DNA of 64,000 bases. Origin: Paraspadella gotoi. Its lineage: Eukaryota > Animalia > Chaetognatha. Positions 10,364 through 39,084 of this stretch are shown here, piece after piece (the first letter of the stretch is position 1; every line of letters begins with the position of its first letter). A program made the translations under genes and the position numbers. Location: the NCBI GenBank assembly GCA_051294375.1, contig CM119266.1:24572312-24636311 (forward strand). Reading direction: 5' to 3'. The notes below the pieces were generated by a model. It saw only the letters and a list, made by a program, of their open reading frames with translations, was not told where the DNA came from and searched no databases.

Positions 10364-11379
10364 TTATTAATTAACAGTGTGAAGCGAGGCAATGCCCGCT
10401 ACATTGCGCTACAGGGACGATAGTGAGCTGAAGGTTCGATAAAAGAGGCTTCATCTGCGGTCGTCTTTTGTGGTCGCGACATTCCGTGACTTCCTTGCGG
10501 TTCAGGAAATAGCCGCGCGCCCCAACTGTTCACCAGTGAATTTTATTATCGCGGAGTCAGTCCGCAATCTCGACTGTGTTTTTCGTTTCAAATTCTTTTT
10601 TTGTGTTTTTGCAAAGAGGAAATAATTCAAATTTCGTTTTGTTCCCGCGCGATTTATTAATTAATACCCATTTTAATACTCGGCACCCTTAACCCTGCAC
10701 CCCGGACCCGGCGGATTTCTTCCCCTCCCAATTCGGTCTCAATCCTACCCCACGAGTCGAACCTCAGCGAAGGGGGCGAAGTTGTTTTGATCTCTCGATG
10801 ATCCGAACCGAGGGTGGGAACTGGGGAGACGACGACGACGACGACGACGACGACGTGAATTGCATCAACGAATCGGACGCCAACGTCGAAGATGAGAGCG
10901 GACAGGACAAAGAAGACAAAGCCGAAAAAGGAGGAAGACAACGAAATGATAATAATTATGCTTTCTATCGACAGTAATGACGGGCTGAGGAAAGAAAAAG
11001 GAAGGACGTATTTAATATTCAATTAACTTGATAATGATAATAATAATCATTACTATTTAATTATAATAATATTTCTAAAAATTATTATATTTTTGATGTT
11101 AAACAATTCTCACGAGGAATTCTCGCCGCATTTAGTCTTCGATAGTCACGTCGCTCTCTATTCTCCGTCTACTCTCAATTCCTACCCACGTCACCTTGAA
11201 CTACCCCGGCCACTACCTGTAATGCGTTCTCCCTCTCCCCCCCCCCGCGACTTTTCCACTTTCCCTCAGTTATCTTCTATTCAGACTTTCGTTTGAAAAA
11301 TCAGGGGAAATAATTTACGAGGAAAATAAAACAAAAATCTCCATTCCTTGTCAGGAGGCGTCTCTTCGTCGCTTCTGTG

Positions 11380-11438
<59 letters not shown>

Positions 11439-12214
11439 TTCTCTCTTTCTCTTTTCCTTTCCCGACGGGTGACTAGATTTTCACTGAAATTTGCCTCGTA
11501 AATCTAATGAACGAAGAGCGAAAGGAAAAGAAGGCAGGTGGGTGAGGAGGAAAAAGAAAAAAAGAAAAAGGAGGGAAAGAAAGAAAAAGGAAAAGAAGGC
11601 AGGTGGGTTTGGAGGAAAAAGAAAAAAGAAAAAGGAAGGAAAGAAAGAAAAAGGAAATATTACACGGGACAGAAATCCAATTTATTCCATTTTTGAACAA
11701 AAATCGCTTTTCATGTCCAACTAATACTACGTAATAATAAGCGAATATCCTTTTTTTTCTCCTTTTTATAAAGATTATTGTACAATATTGTATAATATAT
11801 AATACCCTCATCAACTTAATTTTATTTAATTCCCCATTATCCTCTTCAAAATTTAAAATTCCCTTTCATTCTCTCCTCGTTTTTTTTTCTCCTCCAGTTC
11901 CTTTCCTTTCAATTTCTCTTTTCTTTTTCTTTCCTTTCCTCCCAACCCCGTGACGACGTCGACTGTGAAAACATGTGAAGGCTCAACCCATAAATTCCCC
12001 ACAATGTCAAATGAAGAATTTTTACGTCGTCTCCTTCCATCCGGGTCTCCGCCCCGCGCCGCTTCTCTTACCCCGTTTTTTATTCGTTTTTTTTTCTTTT
12101 CTTTTCCTCCTCTTTCCCGACATTCTTCGCCTCTTTCTCACTCTATTTATTTTCACTCTCACATCTCCCTTTCTCTGTTCTTCTAACGGATTAATCTTCG
12201 TAGGTTTTCAACAA

Positions 12215-12484
12215 GCGCCCCGTTTCAGCTTTAATTTAAGATATAATTTAATTAAATTAGTATTAGAGGTTAAGGGATAAAGAATATGTAAGGTTTAGTA
12301 TAGGTTAGGTTAGAGTTATTAGGTAAGAGATTAATGTGTATTAGGTTTCGCATGATTGTTTTAATTTCTTTTTTTCGAAATTTTTTAAAGGAGTGACTTA
12401 GAATAAAAATTCTCTTATTTGTAAATAAATATATTAAGTTTAAATTAGAAACTGAAATTGATCGCTTTTCAGAAAACGGTGCCC
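12215..12484. mobile_element. Possible second inverted-repeat element with ttagg-rich interior
   Basis: Imperfect inverted repeat gcgccccgtttc / gaaaacggtgccc flanking ggttaggttag-type sequence. Confidence 0.35.
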
Positions 12485-14529
12485 GTCCGCTCCCTCTCTA
12501 ATAATCTCTGATAATACATTACTGCTCCAATCCTCTTCCTCTTCCCCACTTCCAATATATTCCATCTCACACTTTTTTTTTCTTTTATCTCATTTTTTAT
12601 TCCCTTCTTTTTTTCACTCTCGCGCTTCATGCGAAGACACAGATAAGAATTCCAACTCTTGCCTTTTGTACCTTTGAGAAGAGAGAGAGACAGAGAGAGA
12701 GGAGAGAGAGAGAGAGAGAGAGAGAAGCTCATCCGTTGAAATCCATTATCATGGAATACCACCGCCCGCTACCCTCATATTTCATCTCTCTCTCTCATAT
12801 CATTACTTTATCTTTTCCCCTCTCTCTCTCTCTCTCATCTCCTCTCTTCTCTCTTCTCTCTCTCTCTAACTCGCGCACTGATCATATTTAGTCCTTCTTT
12901 CTAATTAAAAATGCAAATTTTTTCTCTCTCCTTTCTCTCGCTTTTCTGCTCGCGAAGCAGAATTTCGAGGAAAAAGCGATGAGTTTTCAAATACTCGATG
13001 GAAGTGAGGGAACTGATAGCGGTGACATTGAAGCTCGAGTTTAAATTTTTAAGTTGAGAAAAGAGAACCTTAAAGACAAAAGTCTTCAACATCTCATTTG
13101 CATTTCGCGGTTGTAAATCTAACAACGCAACGCATACATCTTCTTTCTACGGAAGATTTCAATGGTACCCGTCTGACCTTACCTAATCATCTGAGCTTTT
13201 AAATATGAATAAAAAATTACAACGCAGAGGAAGACCATTTTTGTTTTGTTTTTGTTTTTTTTTTGGTTTTTGGCAAATATTAATCGTTTTCCCGGTGATT
13301 ATTATCAATTAATGTTCTTAACGAGATCGTATGAGAAACATTCGAGAGCAGGAAGCTTCTTTTTTTTTGACTCATGTTCCGTTTCCATTTCGATCTTCTG
13401 ACTTTTTTTTCCTTAGATACTATTTTGAGTTGTTTGTTTGTTGATTTGTTTTTTTTACTTGACGGCTTTATCGACTCGATCGAAATACTTAGAGTTTGAG
13501 AAAATAATATTAAATGAGTTTAAGGTTCTTTACTGAAGGCCACGGTTTTCCCCTTTTTACTTTCAGCTCCTTTTTAGCCTTTTTTAAACAGTTATGTTTT
13601 TCCTTTTTTTTCTGACCGAGGATATAACCTAAAAAAAAATTCACAAAAAGAAATAAATTATTTTGAATCGAAAGAAAAAAAACATTCGTCTTTTTTTTCT
13701 TTGTCTCTCTTTTTATTATATTTTATTTTCCGTGACGAACGAGTGATTATTTTCACGTTTTTTTTTCTTTTATTCATTTAGATTCTACGAAGCGGAAAAA
13801 ACTTTGGTTTTTGTCTTTTTTTTTTCTTTTCAAAACAATTCGATAGATGGCAGCTGAGTTTATTCAATCTCTGGAATTTAGGACGTGTCTCCTCTTACTT
13901 GTCGAATTTAACTAACTTATAAGTGTACAGTCAATAAGGATGTCACAGATACAGAATTAGGACGTCTATTTTTTCACAATTCGATATTTTTCTGTCGTTT
14001 TTAAAAAAGTAATTAGAGATCTTATAATCATACAAACTTATCTTAATCCACTTCACTTTATTCACTTCTGCCAAAAAAATATTAAATTTATTTTTAAATC
14101 TTTGATAAATCTCTCCGAATGATTTTTATATTTGTTGCGTCAATTCTGTAGCTTTGGGAGACCCAGACTTATAAAGAAATTCACATATGAACCTAAGGTC
14201 AAATATGTCTCGTAAGTATTCTCTTCTGCCCTCTTCAATTTACACAAATTATGACTTCTCTAAAAAAATATTTGTTTATTGGTTCCCCTGCAATAAAACT
14301 GATGTCGCATCCGGCCGTCGTAAAACTTTCTAGTTTTTGAAGTGCGAAACCCCTAGCGCCCCCCCTTCCATCGCCCCCTCTCCCGCCCCCCTACCGGAGA
14401 CCACCGGCGAACTATTACAGAATAATATTCTCGCCTTCAACGAAAGATTTTAAAAATTAAAACTCGATTAAGCATAATTTTTTTAGGCTTTTTTTGAGGT
14501 AGTCGTAAAACTAAACAAGAGCTAATTTT

Positions 14530-15661
14530 NNNNNNNNNNNNNNNNNNNNNNNNNNNNNNNNNNNNNNNNNNNNNNNNNNNNNNNNNNNNNNNNNNNNNNN
14601 NNNNNNNNNNNNNNNNNNNNNNNNNNNNNNNNNNNNNNNNNNNNNNNNNNNNNNNNNNNNNNNNNNNNNNNNNNNNNNNNNNNNNNNNNNNNNNNNNNNN
14701 NNNNNNNNNNNNNNNNNNNNNNNNNNNNNNNNNNNNNNNNNNNNNNNNNNNNNNNNNNNNNNNNNNNNNNNNNNNNNNNNNNNNNNNNNNNNNNNNNNNN
14801 NNNNNNNNNNNNCTTCAAACATTTTGCAAACAGGATCGAAAGTTAATGTAAGTTTAGCGAGGATATCAGAGCCAGCGAGGTTGAAAAGTCGAATTGTCGA
14901 GCTAACAATTACAGCATGGAGTTGCGGCATTGTCGGTAATGCCGCGTAGACNNNNNNNNNNNNNNNNNNNNNNNNNNNNNNNNNNNNNNNNNNNNNNNNN
15001 NNNNNNNNNNNNNNNNNNNNNNNNNNNNNNNNNNNNNNNNNNNNNNNNNNNNNNNNNNNNNNNNNNNNNNNNNNNNNNNNNNNNNNNNNNNNNNNNNNNN
15101 NNNNNNNNNNNNNNNNNNNNNNNNNNNNNNNNNNNNNNNNNNNNNNNNNNNNNNNNNNNNNNNNNNNNNNNNNNNNNNNNNNNNNNNNNNNNNNNNNNNN
15201 NNNNNNNNNNNNNNNNNNNNNNNNNNNNNNNNNNNNNNNNNNNNNNNNNNNNNNNNNNNNNNNNNNNNNNNNNNNNNNNNNNNNNNNNNNNNNNNNNNNN
15301 NNNNNNNNNNNNNNNNNNNNNNNNNNNNNNNNNNNNNNNNNNNNNNNNNNNNNNNNNNNNNNNNNNNNNNNNNNNNNNNNNNNNNNNNNNNNNNNNNNNN
15401 NNNNNNNNNNNNNNNNNNNNNNNNNNNNNNNNNNNNNNNNNNNNNNNNNNNNNNNNNNNNNNNNNNNNNNNNNNNNNNNNNNNNNNNNNNNNNNNNNNNN
15501 NNNNNNNNNNNNNNNNNNNNNNNNNNNNNNNNNNNNNNNNNNNNNNNNNNNNNNNNNNNNNNNNNNNNNNNNNNNNNNNNNNNNNNNNNNNNNNNNNNNN
15601 NNNNNNNNNNNNNNNNNNNNNNNNNNNNNNNNNNNNNNNNNNNNNNNNNNNNNNNNNNNNN
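14530..15661. other. Assembly gaps 14530-14812 and 14952-15661 (others at 9711-9720, 31057-31066, 36478-36617, and 25-N gaps at 39085-39109, 47384-47408, 60815-60839, 63847-63871)
   Basis: N runs. Confidence 0.99.
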
Positions 15662-16812
15662 TTGGACCTAATTAATTCGATTACATTGACGCTTATGATA
15701 TCTTAATTGAACCAGATGACGGGAGGTTCTTTCTTTTCTTTCTTTCTTTCTTTTTTCGACAAATTTTTATGCTTTTTCATTCGTAATTCTTTAGGACAAT
15801 ATTTTCACCGACGAGTTTTAGAATTGTACATGGTACAACCTAACATATTGAAAGGTACACAATAAGTAATGTTCTAACATAATTCCACGAGTATAAAATA
15901 AAAATGTGTAAACGTACATCTTCAATAGTAAATTGTGATGACATTTTCTTTTTTTTTAATAAGAATCATTGTTTTCGGCGGGACTGATAAGGGCGGAGGA
16001 GACATGGGAGGGGAGGGGAAGGGGAAAGGAAAGTGAAGGGAAGAAAAGGGGATTCGAATACATCAACGAAAAACGATTTGACTAAAGTTTTTTTTTTTTT
16101 CATTTTCGAAATACAAATATTTGACAGGAAACGAAATAAATGGGTTGATTCATGGCGCGACATCTATCGGGACTAAAAGCTTGACAGGGATAAAGAAACG
16201 CTGACGACGATTGTCGACGTCTCTTGTTTTTTGTTTTGTTTTGTTTCTAGCGTGGACGACGAAACAACGCTCAGTGGTCGTTTCGAAGTGGGAAAGGAAG
16301 GTAGGGTCACGGGTCACTCTGTCACGTCGGAACGGTTGGATCGAGGGGCAAAGGAAAGAGATGGAAAGGACTCATGGCACAGTGAAGGGGATTTGACCGG
16401 TGGGGGCGGGGGCGAAGGGGATTGACGTAGAGTGAGACTGAGTGAGGAGACAAGTTGGAATCTGTTTCCAGTTGGAATTTCGATTTTGGTATCATAAAAC
16501 GATGATCGAATTCGAGGCCATCGATCGCTTTTTTCCAGAAGTTTTCTACTGCCGACGGGGGAGGAGGCTGTCAGTTCGTATGAGAAAGAGACTTTTGTTT
16601 GACGATTCTTCGCTTCGTTCGTTCGTTAGTTCATTTTTTTAGACGTAGATGTCGCTTTTCGAGGTCGGCGCGGTGTTTACCACGGACCAGAGAAAGCGAC
16701 GGGAGAGTTTGAGACGGAGAGAGAGATTCGTCCAATCTCGCCGTTCCCTCGGTCCGTCCACGCTCATTGTTCATTTGTTATTGGATAAAAAGTCCTCCCC
16801 CCGTCACAGTAG

Positions 16813-26099
<9,287 letters not shown>

Positions 26100-26591
26100 G
26101 ATGGCGCGGAAATGACGCGGAAATGGCGCGAAAGTGTGTGGCGCAAAGATGCCGCGGATTTTCGCGGTTATATCATTTACGAGATGGCGTGAGGATCTCC
26201 TCTTTAGTTTCTCCTTGAATTCGTTCTTTTTTTTCTTGTCTTTTGTTTGTTTGTTTGTTTTTGTTTATAATCTCAGAGTCGCGACCCCAGCGACCGCGGG
26301 AGAGGAAACGACAAAGGACACACTGATTAGTAAAAATAGAGAGTAAAAATTAAAACTCATTAAAAGACCCTGATTTTTGTTGTTGTTTTTTTTTAATTTT
26401 TCGTTCGTTCTCGTATTTTTAATTTTATAAAAATCTCCCGCGCGCTATTTTACTTTTTTTTCCCCTTTTTCTCTCCCCTTCCTTTTTTATTATTCTTTAT
26501 ATGATGAGCAAATAATAAAATAAAGTTTTTAGTCTTCGTAGGAGGAGCGGAGTCTTGTGGAGCTTCGGTCCTCGATCGCCTTTACGGCGAA

Positions 26592-26627
<36 letters not shown>

Positions 26628-26737
26628 TGGCGGCGTCGAGTCGATTTTTATTCGCTTCGTTTTATTCTTTAGTTTTAAAAAAGTCTTAAAAATCGGATCG
26701 AGGATGAAGAAAAGCGGACCCGGTGAGGAGACGGATG

Positions 26738-26824
<87 letters not shown>

Positions 26825-26960
26825 ATATTAAAAATATATACTTTATCTCGATAGAGGACGCGGAGAGGCCTCTTCGAGCGGGGAAGAGAAAATATTTGAG
26901 AGAGAAAAAAAAAACAAAAAGCGCGTGAGAGGGAGACAGAGAGAGATCGAAGAGAGAGAA

Positions 26961-27021
<61 letters not shown>

Positions 27022-27322
27022 CGAGAGAGAGAGAAGAGAGAAAGGAGAGAGAGAGAGAGAGAGAACAAGAGACAGAGAGAGGGAGCGAGATGAACGAGTG
27101 AGAAGGAGGAAGAAGAAGACGAAATCTGATGGAAAAACTACAGACGTCGACGTTGAGGGAGACTGAGAATCTCCAGCACGAGGATTGAGAAGAAGAGGGA
27201 CGAGGGAGGAGGAGGGAGAGGAAAAGGAGGAGGAGGAGTGAGAGGATGATGAGGAAAGAACGTTGTAAGTCTCACTTGGCTTTCCACAGAACCATCAGGA
27301 GGTCGAACACACACAATACAAG

Positions 27323-27393
<71 letters not shown>

Positions 27394-27832
27394 ACGCGGG
27401 ACGCGAAAATTCGATTAACATAAAATATTCAGATCCCGAGCCAGGTCACGTGACTCGGAGCTCGGCGGCTGAGGACCTCTGACGGAAAAGTCGGGAAGCT
27501 TCTTTTCTTTTTTTTTTTTTTGCTTTGTTGAGTGTGGGGAATCTAAAAAAAAAAAGAGAGAAATAGAGCAGTAATGATTTTGTATAAAAGTAATATTAGA
27601 AAAAAAGGAGGAGAGCGAGAAGGGGAGAGTAAAAAAATTAGGCCGCCTGAGGAGATAGGAGAGAGGAAGAGGGAAAAGAGAAGGAGAGAGAGAGAGAGGT
27701 TTTCTGCTCAAACTAGGTCATGATTTAGAGCGATGGGTTTATTTTATGTTTTGGTCTCGGCGTTCCCCGGGCAGGCCTCTCCGCATGATGCGATGATGAA
27801 AAAAGCGGATGGGAGAGAAGAGAGAGAGGCAG

Positions 27833-27888
<56 letters not shown>

Positions 27889-28655
27889 GAGAGTAGAGAA
27901 GAGGAGTCGTATAAAATAAGATTGATAATTGAAACTTAAATAATCGAGAGGGTGGGATTTAAATCTGCGAGAACCAACAATCGAAACGCGAGAAAAATAA
28001 AACTATAGCAGTTTTTTTCTTTTTTTTATAAAACATTAAACAAGAACCACGAAGGCCTAAAATCGATTTACAATTATCACCAATGCTATTTTTTATTTCT
28101 GAAAGGAGTTATGATTTGTGGTACATTTTGAATTAAAAGTATCCAACTATTCATAGGCGATGATATTGAGCAAGTAATAAAAACTAAGAAACACTTTAAG
28201 ATCCTCTCAGTCTCGGTTGTCGTTAAATCAAGAAATAAATGTTGATTGACTCCCAATCAAAACCGCAATCATCGGGTTTTAAAACTTCAATCAGGAGGAA
28301 GATCATTTTTTTTAAAATCCGCCTCGGTTGTCAATCTTAACGGTGCGATTATAAAATCTTTACCGCCTCTCCGATATATATATTTTTAAAACTAAAACCC
28401 ATTTTTTATTACATTCTTCGTCGCGACCGTCGTCGTCGTCGTCTTCCTCGTCGTCGTCGTCGTCGTCTTCGTCGTCGTCGTCGCCGACGATTGGTCAGTG
28501 GCGGGGAATCTTTACGAGGACGAAATCAAATTTTTGCGAGCGGGCGGCGCAACGGCGGACTAGCGGCGGATTTGGGCGGAATTTCGTCGGCGGGGAAAAT
28601 GGAATCGCCGAGATTGTTCCGAGAGACAGAGACAGAGTCTGGGAGGAATGGGGGG

Positions 28656-28750
<95 letters not shown>

Positions 28751-28876
28751 GATGGGATGCTTCGCCGTCGCGGTCATCGAACACCGCTCTCGTTAAATGG
28801 GATTTGGGATCCAACTGGTCGTCAAAAACGGAGATGACCTCCGGACGTCGGAAGGAGGAGAGAGAGAGAAAGAGAG

Positions 28877-28976
<100 letters not shown>

Positions 28977-29638
28977 CCGACAAAATCGTTGATGTCCCCG
29001 AATGTAGACATTTTTTCTGAGGAGATTTTGTTTTGACTATATTTTAATTGCCTCTTTAATTTGTTTAAAACTATAATATGAAACTATAGTATAAAAATAT
29101 TAATAAATAGGGATATAGGTATACAGTATGTATGTATTACCTTGGAAGAAAAACGGTTTTATGAAATTTTGTTTCTGTTTTAATTTTTCATAATAACAAA
29201 ACAGCTTTATAAAAAATGTATTGGATTTTGTCAACAGATTGCTTGAAGTAAAATCTTATATATAGTTAATCTTTCATTCATACCTTTCATATTAATCATG
29301 AATTATAAAAATATATACAAATTGCTTTCAAAATTCAAAAGTCAAAAGTCAAACTCATGAAAAGTAAAAGACGAAAGAATTTCAGGTTTACGATCTTCTT
29401 TCTACGCAAACCAATGAAAAAACGACACAAATTTTTATTAGCGTCAATAGAAAACGAAAAAACCCGCGAAGAGCGATAGCAACATATTTGATTAAATAAT
29501 TAATAATCTTTCGACATCAACCGACAAAGATCGATTGACATAAACCGACAAAGTTCAAACTTTTCCGAGGGAGAATAAAAATCAACATCGACGCGTGGTC
29601 AAATCCGTCGTTAACGTCTTTTTTATTGTCTACCGGTT

Positions 29639-29728
<90 letters not shown>

Positions 29729-30073
29729 AGAGAGAAGAGGAGAGAGAAAGAGAGAGAGAGATCAAGGCATATCTATAAATCATAAGCGAAAAGATTTCGT
29801 CGTCAAGAAATGTACAAAAACTACAAAGGATTGACGATCCTATTTTTGTTTGAACGATTTAAAATTGAGGTCGATGTTATATTAAACTGTAAAAAAAACA
29901 ACGATTTTAATGTAGCAGCGACGAGCAAAAATTGGGCACAAAGAAACTCTCTCCGAAATAAAAGAGGAGAAATAAAATGAGGCAATAAAGCGAGAAAGAG
30001 TCGCGAAAGGCGGGAAGCGCAGGGGAGGAGCAAAGCCCGCGCGGGATTTCGGACATTTCTTTGATCTCGCCGA

Positions 30074-30127
<54 letters not shown>

Positions 30128-32022
30128 AGAGCGACGACGCTTCCTCCCCCCCTTTCCTCCTCCTCTTCCTCCTCTTCAATTCAGCGAATCGCGAGCGTTC
30201 CTCTCCTTTTCCTCCTCTTCCTCCTCTGCTTGGAATTCACCGCGACGTTCCTCCGTCCTTTCGCTTACCCCCACGTGCTCGCGATTGGAATTATATAACG
30301 GTCGTCATCGTCGTTGTCGTCGTCGTCGTTGTCGTCGTCGTCGTTGTCCCCTTGACGCCGTGGGATACTTTCATCGAGGACGCAATGGAAAAGCCTTTGC
30401 AATCTGTCGCCAACGATGGGAATCGAGGGGGGGAGGAATTCAAATTCATGGGGTCGGGATTCGTGAGGCTGGAAAATGTATGTGCACAATATTTAATTCT
30501 GTCTCAATTTTTTTCTTTAGAAATTTTCGTCCGATAGCATATGTGCTTTTGTGATTTATAAAGGTTTTGTTATCTTCGATGGAACTGTATTGCGGCGGGA
30601 AATTTTTGAACATTATTCCTCTCACAGTTATTCGTATTTCATTTAAACTTCCATTTCGCGCTGATTAAGACTTACAAGTCGAAACATGTACATTATTAAT
30701 TGTTTCTATTATTTTTTTTTGTAAACAAAATACGAATTTTTTTCTTAAACAAATTCCTAAACGCAACGAAAGAAATGATTCGCACAAACTTTATGGTTAA
30801 AATTTTTGATAAATATTCTAATGTCATGTATTTGGTCGTGGATCAGATTCAAACCCTTCCTAATTTTTTTCATATTCCTTAGTAAATTTAGCTACGAAAA
30901 CGTCATAAAACTCGTCGAGGTCATCGCTAATATATTTTGCCCTCTACTCTGCTTGTCCCCCCCTTTTTTTTCACCCTCCTTTAATCTCCTAAAGAAAAAA
31001 AAATAGAAATGAGAACTAATCCCCCGTCTCCCCGCTCGGTGTCGCTGCGTTGTCCCNNNNNNNNNNGCCGCGCTTTGCATAACACAAAAACTTTTAATGT
31101 CCTCCCATAGAATTTGGGACAAACAAGAAAATTGCGAAAACCGAATTCTGTTTCGGTGAGAAAAATAAAAGCGTCGACTTTTTGTCGGTTTTGTCGATCC
31201 GTAGCGTTGAATTAGATTGGGAAGAAAAAGGAAAGGGAAAAGAAGAGAAAAAAGGGAGTTAGAAAGGAGGAAGGAAGGAAGGAAGGAAGGAAGGAAGAAG
31301 GAAGGAAGGAAGGAAGAGAGGAAGGGAAAGGAAGAAGGAAGGGAAGGAAGGAAGGAAGGAAGGAAGGGAGAAGAAGCGAATAGAGAAGAGAGATGAAAGT
31401 AAATCAAAAAGGAAACTTATTAAAGTATCAATAAAGAATCTACAGAAAAATGCCTAAAAAAACCCAAGTAATCCCATGAATGTTAAATCGAAAAAAAAAA
31501 ACCAGGTTACAACTCTGCGGTTTTACTGTGCAGCAATTTTTCTGTCCCTCGCTCGCGCTACGCATACCATTATAGTAAAACGAGACCGACATAAAATGTT
31601 TACGTCGCTCATATTTTTTTTGTTTCGTTTCTTAGGAAACGCGATAAGGGTCAGAATAAGAAAGAAAGAAAAATAAAAGGGGAAAAAGGGGATGGAAGAA
31701 AAAATAATCTAAGATGGAAGAAAAAAGAAAGATTAAGAATTTATGCAAAGAAAAAGAAACAAAGACAGAAAGTCAAAGCCAAAAGTGATCGTTGGTTATT
31801 TTAACGTTAAGATCATCAATCGAACTTGAAGACGAATCACTTATCCATTCTTACTTTCACCCCTTTAAAGCAGACAGCAGCTCGAGCTGAGAAATGCAGC
31901 TGCTGCTGCATCTGAAGCAACGGCATTCCGCCCCTTAAAAGCATTTTAACATCCTCGCTTTAGAAGAATTCTCGTAAAGATAGGATGAGAGAGAGAGGGA
32001 GGGAAAAAAGAGTGAGAGAGCT

Positions 32023-32065
<43 letters not shown>

Positions 32066-32214
32066 TATATATTGTAAATAATTGTATATTTGTCATATTT
32101 GTAATATAGTTAACAGTAGCGAAAATTGTAATAATAATAGTAATGAGAGTAGTAATATATGTATAATATATATAATTCTCATCAAAATTGTCATAAATGT
32201 CTCCATTTCAATAA

Positions 32215-32346
32215 TAATCATTTCCTCGTCAAATTCTCTCAATTTCCTCCTCATTCTGATTCATTCCTCATTCATTCCACATTCATTCCTCATTCATTCT
32301 CATTCCTCATTCATTCCTCATTCATTCCTCATTCTCATTCCTCATT
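32215..32346. repeat. Low-complexity tcat/tcct compound microsatellite
   Basis: Repeated cattcctcatt units. Confidence 0.8.
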
Positions 32347-32876
32347 TCTAATCCGAAGACGAAAAAAGTCGACGATTCGATTAACGAATTCTGCGTCGAA
32401 AACGTCAAACGAGAGAAAGTCACGAGTTTTTCAAGTTAATTTTAATTGTTCAGTAAAGTGTAATGATAGCAATGAATGTCGAAGGTTTGTCACATTCAAA
32501 GTCGTGATTTTAATTGCCTTTCTACTACGATAGTATTTTGTCTTGTCAATTGTCCATATTGGTGAAAGAGGTCCTGATTGGTTGTAAAATGCAGTATTAA
32601 AATAGGTTATTTAAAAGATTATTTCGGATAAGAACTCAAAAATTTAGATTATATTGTAAAAAAAATAGTATTGAAAAGAAAGAAATATCTGATTTAGTTA
32701 TCGCCCTCCCACACACAAAAATAAATTATTACAGTATTTTTCGTCAAACTAGCATGAAGACTTATCTCTTCTCTTCTTTTCTTTTTTTTTCACACGTCGT
32801 TGTGAATTACGTAACAGATACCGAAGCCTCGCACGCACGAAAAAGACGCCATTTTGCCTAGCGTGCGACTCTCTCT

Positions 32877-32954
<78 letters not shown>

Positions 32955-33336
32955 CTCTCTCTCTCTCTCTCTCACACACAACACGCCCGGGGACCGAAAA
33001 ATTCGCGAATCGCAAAAGTTCTCGTAAAGACTCGAAGATCAAAGGAAATCCCCTTCCGACGCCGCCAAGGATTGCGTTAACGACGACGACGATCACGACG
33101 ACGATAATGACGTCGATATAACGAGGATGACGAGAACCGGAAACGAAGAACGATTAAAACTACGGGGAAACGCGTCGATCGTCGTCATGACAACGACACT
33201 TGTTTGCCGATGTTCTTCGCGATGGCCGTTGACGTTCAGTGCGCGGAAGTAAGACGCGTCCGAAATCAAAGCGAAACGCCGACGACAAAAAGCCAAAAAT
33301 ATACGGGAAGAAAAACGTTAGCAAAAAAAAAACGGA

Positions 33337-33368
<32 letters not shown>

Positions 33369-34611
33369 TTTACGGCGATATTCGACGAATTAACGCCGGC
33401 CAAATTAGGCGATGACTTCGACGACCTAATTAACGCCGCTGACGACGACGACGACGACGACGAGGATCTTTACGATCCCCTAATAGAGATTTTAAAGTGA
33501 ACAGTCATCGCCGCCGCCGCCAACTGCCGTTCGGATCGATCAATGGTGTTTCGGTCCCGAATGACCTGAGCGAGCTTTAAGGAGAAAACAGATGAAAACT
33601 CAAAGTACTTCCCACCTGTATTCAGTAGTGGTTATTTTCGACGAAATTTTCTTGTTGGTTTTGTTGGTGTTTTAATTTACAATGTTTATTGTGTTATTGT
33701 TATTGTTTATTGTGTTTATTGTTACCTTTTAGTAAATCAAAATCATGATAAAAGAATGGAGTATAATCGAATTGTAAGATTTCACAACTGAATTTAAGGT
33801 CTTTAAACATCCAAGAGCCAAGGAGGCCGTTTAGATTCGTTTCATTCGGCGAAATACATACTGTTATTTAAAGTTGACTTGTACTCCAATTCATACATCA
33901 ATGAAAAATCAATTTTACATATTAATAAAAAATCTAAGGCCATTTAAAGACCACAATCCCGACAACAGATTCAGCGCCTTAAGTGACGTCGTCGTCGTCA
34001 TCATCGTCGTCGTGTCGTCGTCGATGGGAAATGGAATTAATGAGAAGAGAATTGTGTCTCGACGGGAGGGAGAGACAAAGGAGGCGGGGTTCGTTTTAGA
34101 GGGAGCGAGACGTGGGCGGGGAGTGGGGTATTGAAGGGTCGAGGAGACACTAAAGAAAAGAGAGAGAAGAGGGCGATAGAGAGGGAGTCAAAGATCATCA
34201 AAAACCGGGAAAGAAAAGTGGAATTGGCAATGGAGACGCCGAAGACGGACGTGAAAGCGAAAAACGTGAATACGAAACCGTTAGTTTTTTTTAAATTTAT
34301 TGTTTTCACGTCATGTATTGTTCCTAATTTCGACAAATAATTTTTAAAAAAATTTTCAGAAAAAAGCCGACACGTAATAAGTAATTAAAATACCTTAAAG
34401 CTGAAACAGTTGTTCTCGCAGTACAGTTCCATATATTTAGTTTTATTTTTTTTTTTTTTTAGCCTAAGTAAAAACGGAAAAAACAGAAAAACTTTCTACC
34501 GTATCTCTGGCCGCTTGGCGCAATATATGTATATTGTTGAGATCGAGTGCAGTTGCCCAGGGTGGTCTTCCACCCCCTCAAAGTGTGTTTGGTGGCTCGA
34601 CAAGGTTTCGG

Positions 34612-39084
<4,473 letters not shown>

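Noticed and set aside
14511-15706. ORFs of 98-258 aa made of X
   Set aside because: They span N gaps.
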